Of a stretch of DNA of 64,000 nucleotides, positions 62,205 through 64,000 are shown in pieces. Position 1 is the stretch's first letter. Each line of letters opens with the position of its first letter. This DNA is from Thalia democratica (taxonomy: Eukaryota). A model generated the notes under the pieces. That model was given only the letters and a program-made list of their open reading frames with translations, did not search any database and was not told where the DNA came from. The position numbers and the translations under genes are program-made. The stretch is taken from NCBI GenBank assembly GCA_965202585.1, contig OZ241827.1, positions 57,846,001-57,910,000 of the forward strand, in the 5' to 3' direction.

Positions 62205-64000
62205 GATACCTTTTAATGTCCTGTCTAGGACTGTTCATATTTTATAAAAGCAATTAAATACTGTTTTTTAATTAATAGAACATGTATGTATATATTAAAG
62301 GTACAAATTTTATGCACAGCATATTGCCATAAATTTAGGTATTGTATATCTAGACATTGCAAATTTTTAGAGGTAAGTTTACTATACTATAACTGTTATG
62401 ATTTTAGTATTAAACAAAAAAAAAACTTTTGGAAAGCTTTGTATACAACAGCATGGCTTTAAAATTAAATATCATTTGGTCACAAAGTTGAGGCAAAAGT
62501 GACATTAATGGTGTCCATAAAGCAATTTACATGCACCTTAGAGGACGTAACCACTTTTGAAAAGAACAAAAACTTTGTTGTAGATATTTATACTCTTTAA
62601 AAAACAGCTGTAGTTAATAAGTCATTAAATATTATGTTATTTTAATAGAACAGTATTATTGCGTTTTTGATGTCTTTTATATATTTCATATTATTCAAAA
62701 TTTTTATAACTCATGCACTCATGATTAAATGATACTACATAATGTTAGCAAACAATTTTTGCTTTATAAGTATATTTTAGAATAAGACATATCAAGTCAC
62801 AATTTTGTTTTTAATTAGTTTTTTATAGTTTGAAATTTATGTTATTTTCAACTATATTGATAGCTTTGCATTTATTTTATTAAAATATAAAAGTTTAAAA
62901 CTGTTTTTACCCTAAATTTCCAAAATAAAAAAATTCAATTTTCAAACAAATATAATACTTTAATTAACTTAATCTTACTGATAGTGATTTTTTTTGCTCT
63001 TTTATTGACATTCAATAAGAAAAAAAAAAACTATGCGGAGATAGAAATATTTTCACATGAGACAACATCATAATTAACAATTTAATGATTCATTAAAACA
63101 GCAAATTTGTTTTGTCAACTCTGAGAATTTAATTCAAAATTGTGCCCAACTTTTGACAGTTTTGTAAACATAATTACTGCGTCTAATAGAAAATACTTAC
63201 AGGTGCAAAAGTTCAACTATTGTTCAATTTGACTTGTTATGACGGCTTTTTGTTTTTGTTGTAATCTACACCCGTTTTTAACTGAAATTGTCAAATATGG
63301 GCTTGCTCAAATTATCAGTTGCAGATTATAATGTGACAAATCTTACGGTTAGAAGTAACTGAATAATTATACTTTAGCAACTAAACTTTACGGGCGTTTT
63401 TTAAAAACACATGATTTTTTTTGTTTTTTTTTTTGTTATCTACAGTATGTTTTTACTGTTTAAAGCAATACTGATGTTTCCTGTAACCTCTTTTACTTAT
63501 AACTGTATATTCACTTGTTATCAATACTATGCACAAATATATAAATAGATATAACAAATGTAAGGATCTTTAATGTACTGTTTGTATTTTATATTTTTTA
63601 TTGGTAGCTAATGAGATTATCAATTGAGTTTGGTGTTTTTTTAAGAATAAAAAATATTGTTTTAAGATAAAGAAAAAATTTCTTAGACCTTATGTACAAT
63701 TTTTTTTTCGTTTGTATCTGTATAAATAAAGAATTGCAAACTAAATACTTTATTTACAACCAGGTTTCGGTGACAAAAAATTACGACCTCTTCAAGTAAA
63801 ATAAAATAGTTAACTGCACATAATAATGTTGCTTATCTATAATGTTATTTGAAATTATTCATGCATGACAATCTAAACAAAAAACCAAAATGTTAGATAT
63901 TCGAAAATTCAAGCTACAGTGTATAGTTAAGTAAAATTAGTACTAACTTTAAAACTAATTGCAATTAATAAATATAATGAGTTAAAAAAATTAACTCAAC

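Larger units (their letters stand above)
40903..64000. repeat. Right arm of the giant inverted duplication (truncated by the window end)
   Basis: Reverse-complement homology to 5595-29285 throughout; similarity fades at about 40903/29285. Confidence 0.97.

Noticed and set aside
1-64000. CRISPR arrays, rRNA, prokaryotic operons or autonomous transposase/RT genes
   Set aside because: No regularly spaced repeats, no rRNA-like sequence and no long ORFs; the DNA is intron-rich and eukaryotic.

Overview
AT-rich animal (invertebrate-like) genomic DNA with spliceosomal introns; the species cannot be determined from the sequence alone. The window is dominated by a giant inverted duplication. The left arm spans about 5595-29285 and the right arm about 40903-64000 (running off the window edge), so each arm is at least 23 kb, around a unique ~11.6 kb spacer. 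Each arm carries an intact 18-coding-exon gene, and the two genes are arranged tail-to-tail. I reconstructed both by hand with matching splice phases: copy A (+, 13027-29047, 1092 aa) and copy B (-, 41145-57198, 1096 aa). The protein is signal peptide - short pro-like segment ending in KR - 3 TSP1 - 4 Ig - 4 TSP1. This resembles the C-terminal half of ADAMTSL1/3 (punctin/MADD-4 type) but lacks the Cys-rich/spacer N-terminus and the PLAC domain. Notable details: a 644-bp tract that is identical between otherwise diverged arms (gene-conversion signature), a hAT-type MITE present only in the left arm with its empty site in the right arm, a decayed extra TSP1 exon just beyond the inner end of the right arm, a duplicated splice acceptor that leads to an in-frame stop, loss of an O-fucosylation consensus in one paralog, and strong exon-to-exon GC3 mosaicism. 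No rRNA, tRNA or CRISPR features were seen. Identity values and substitution counts are by-eye estimates.
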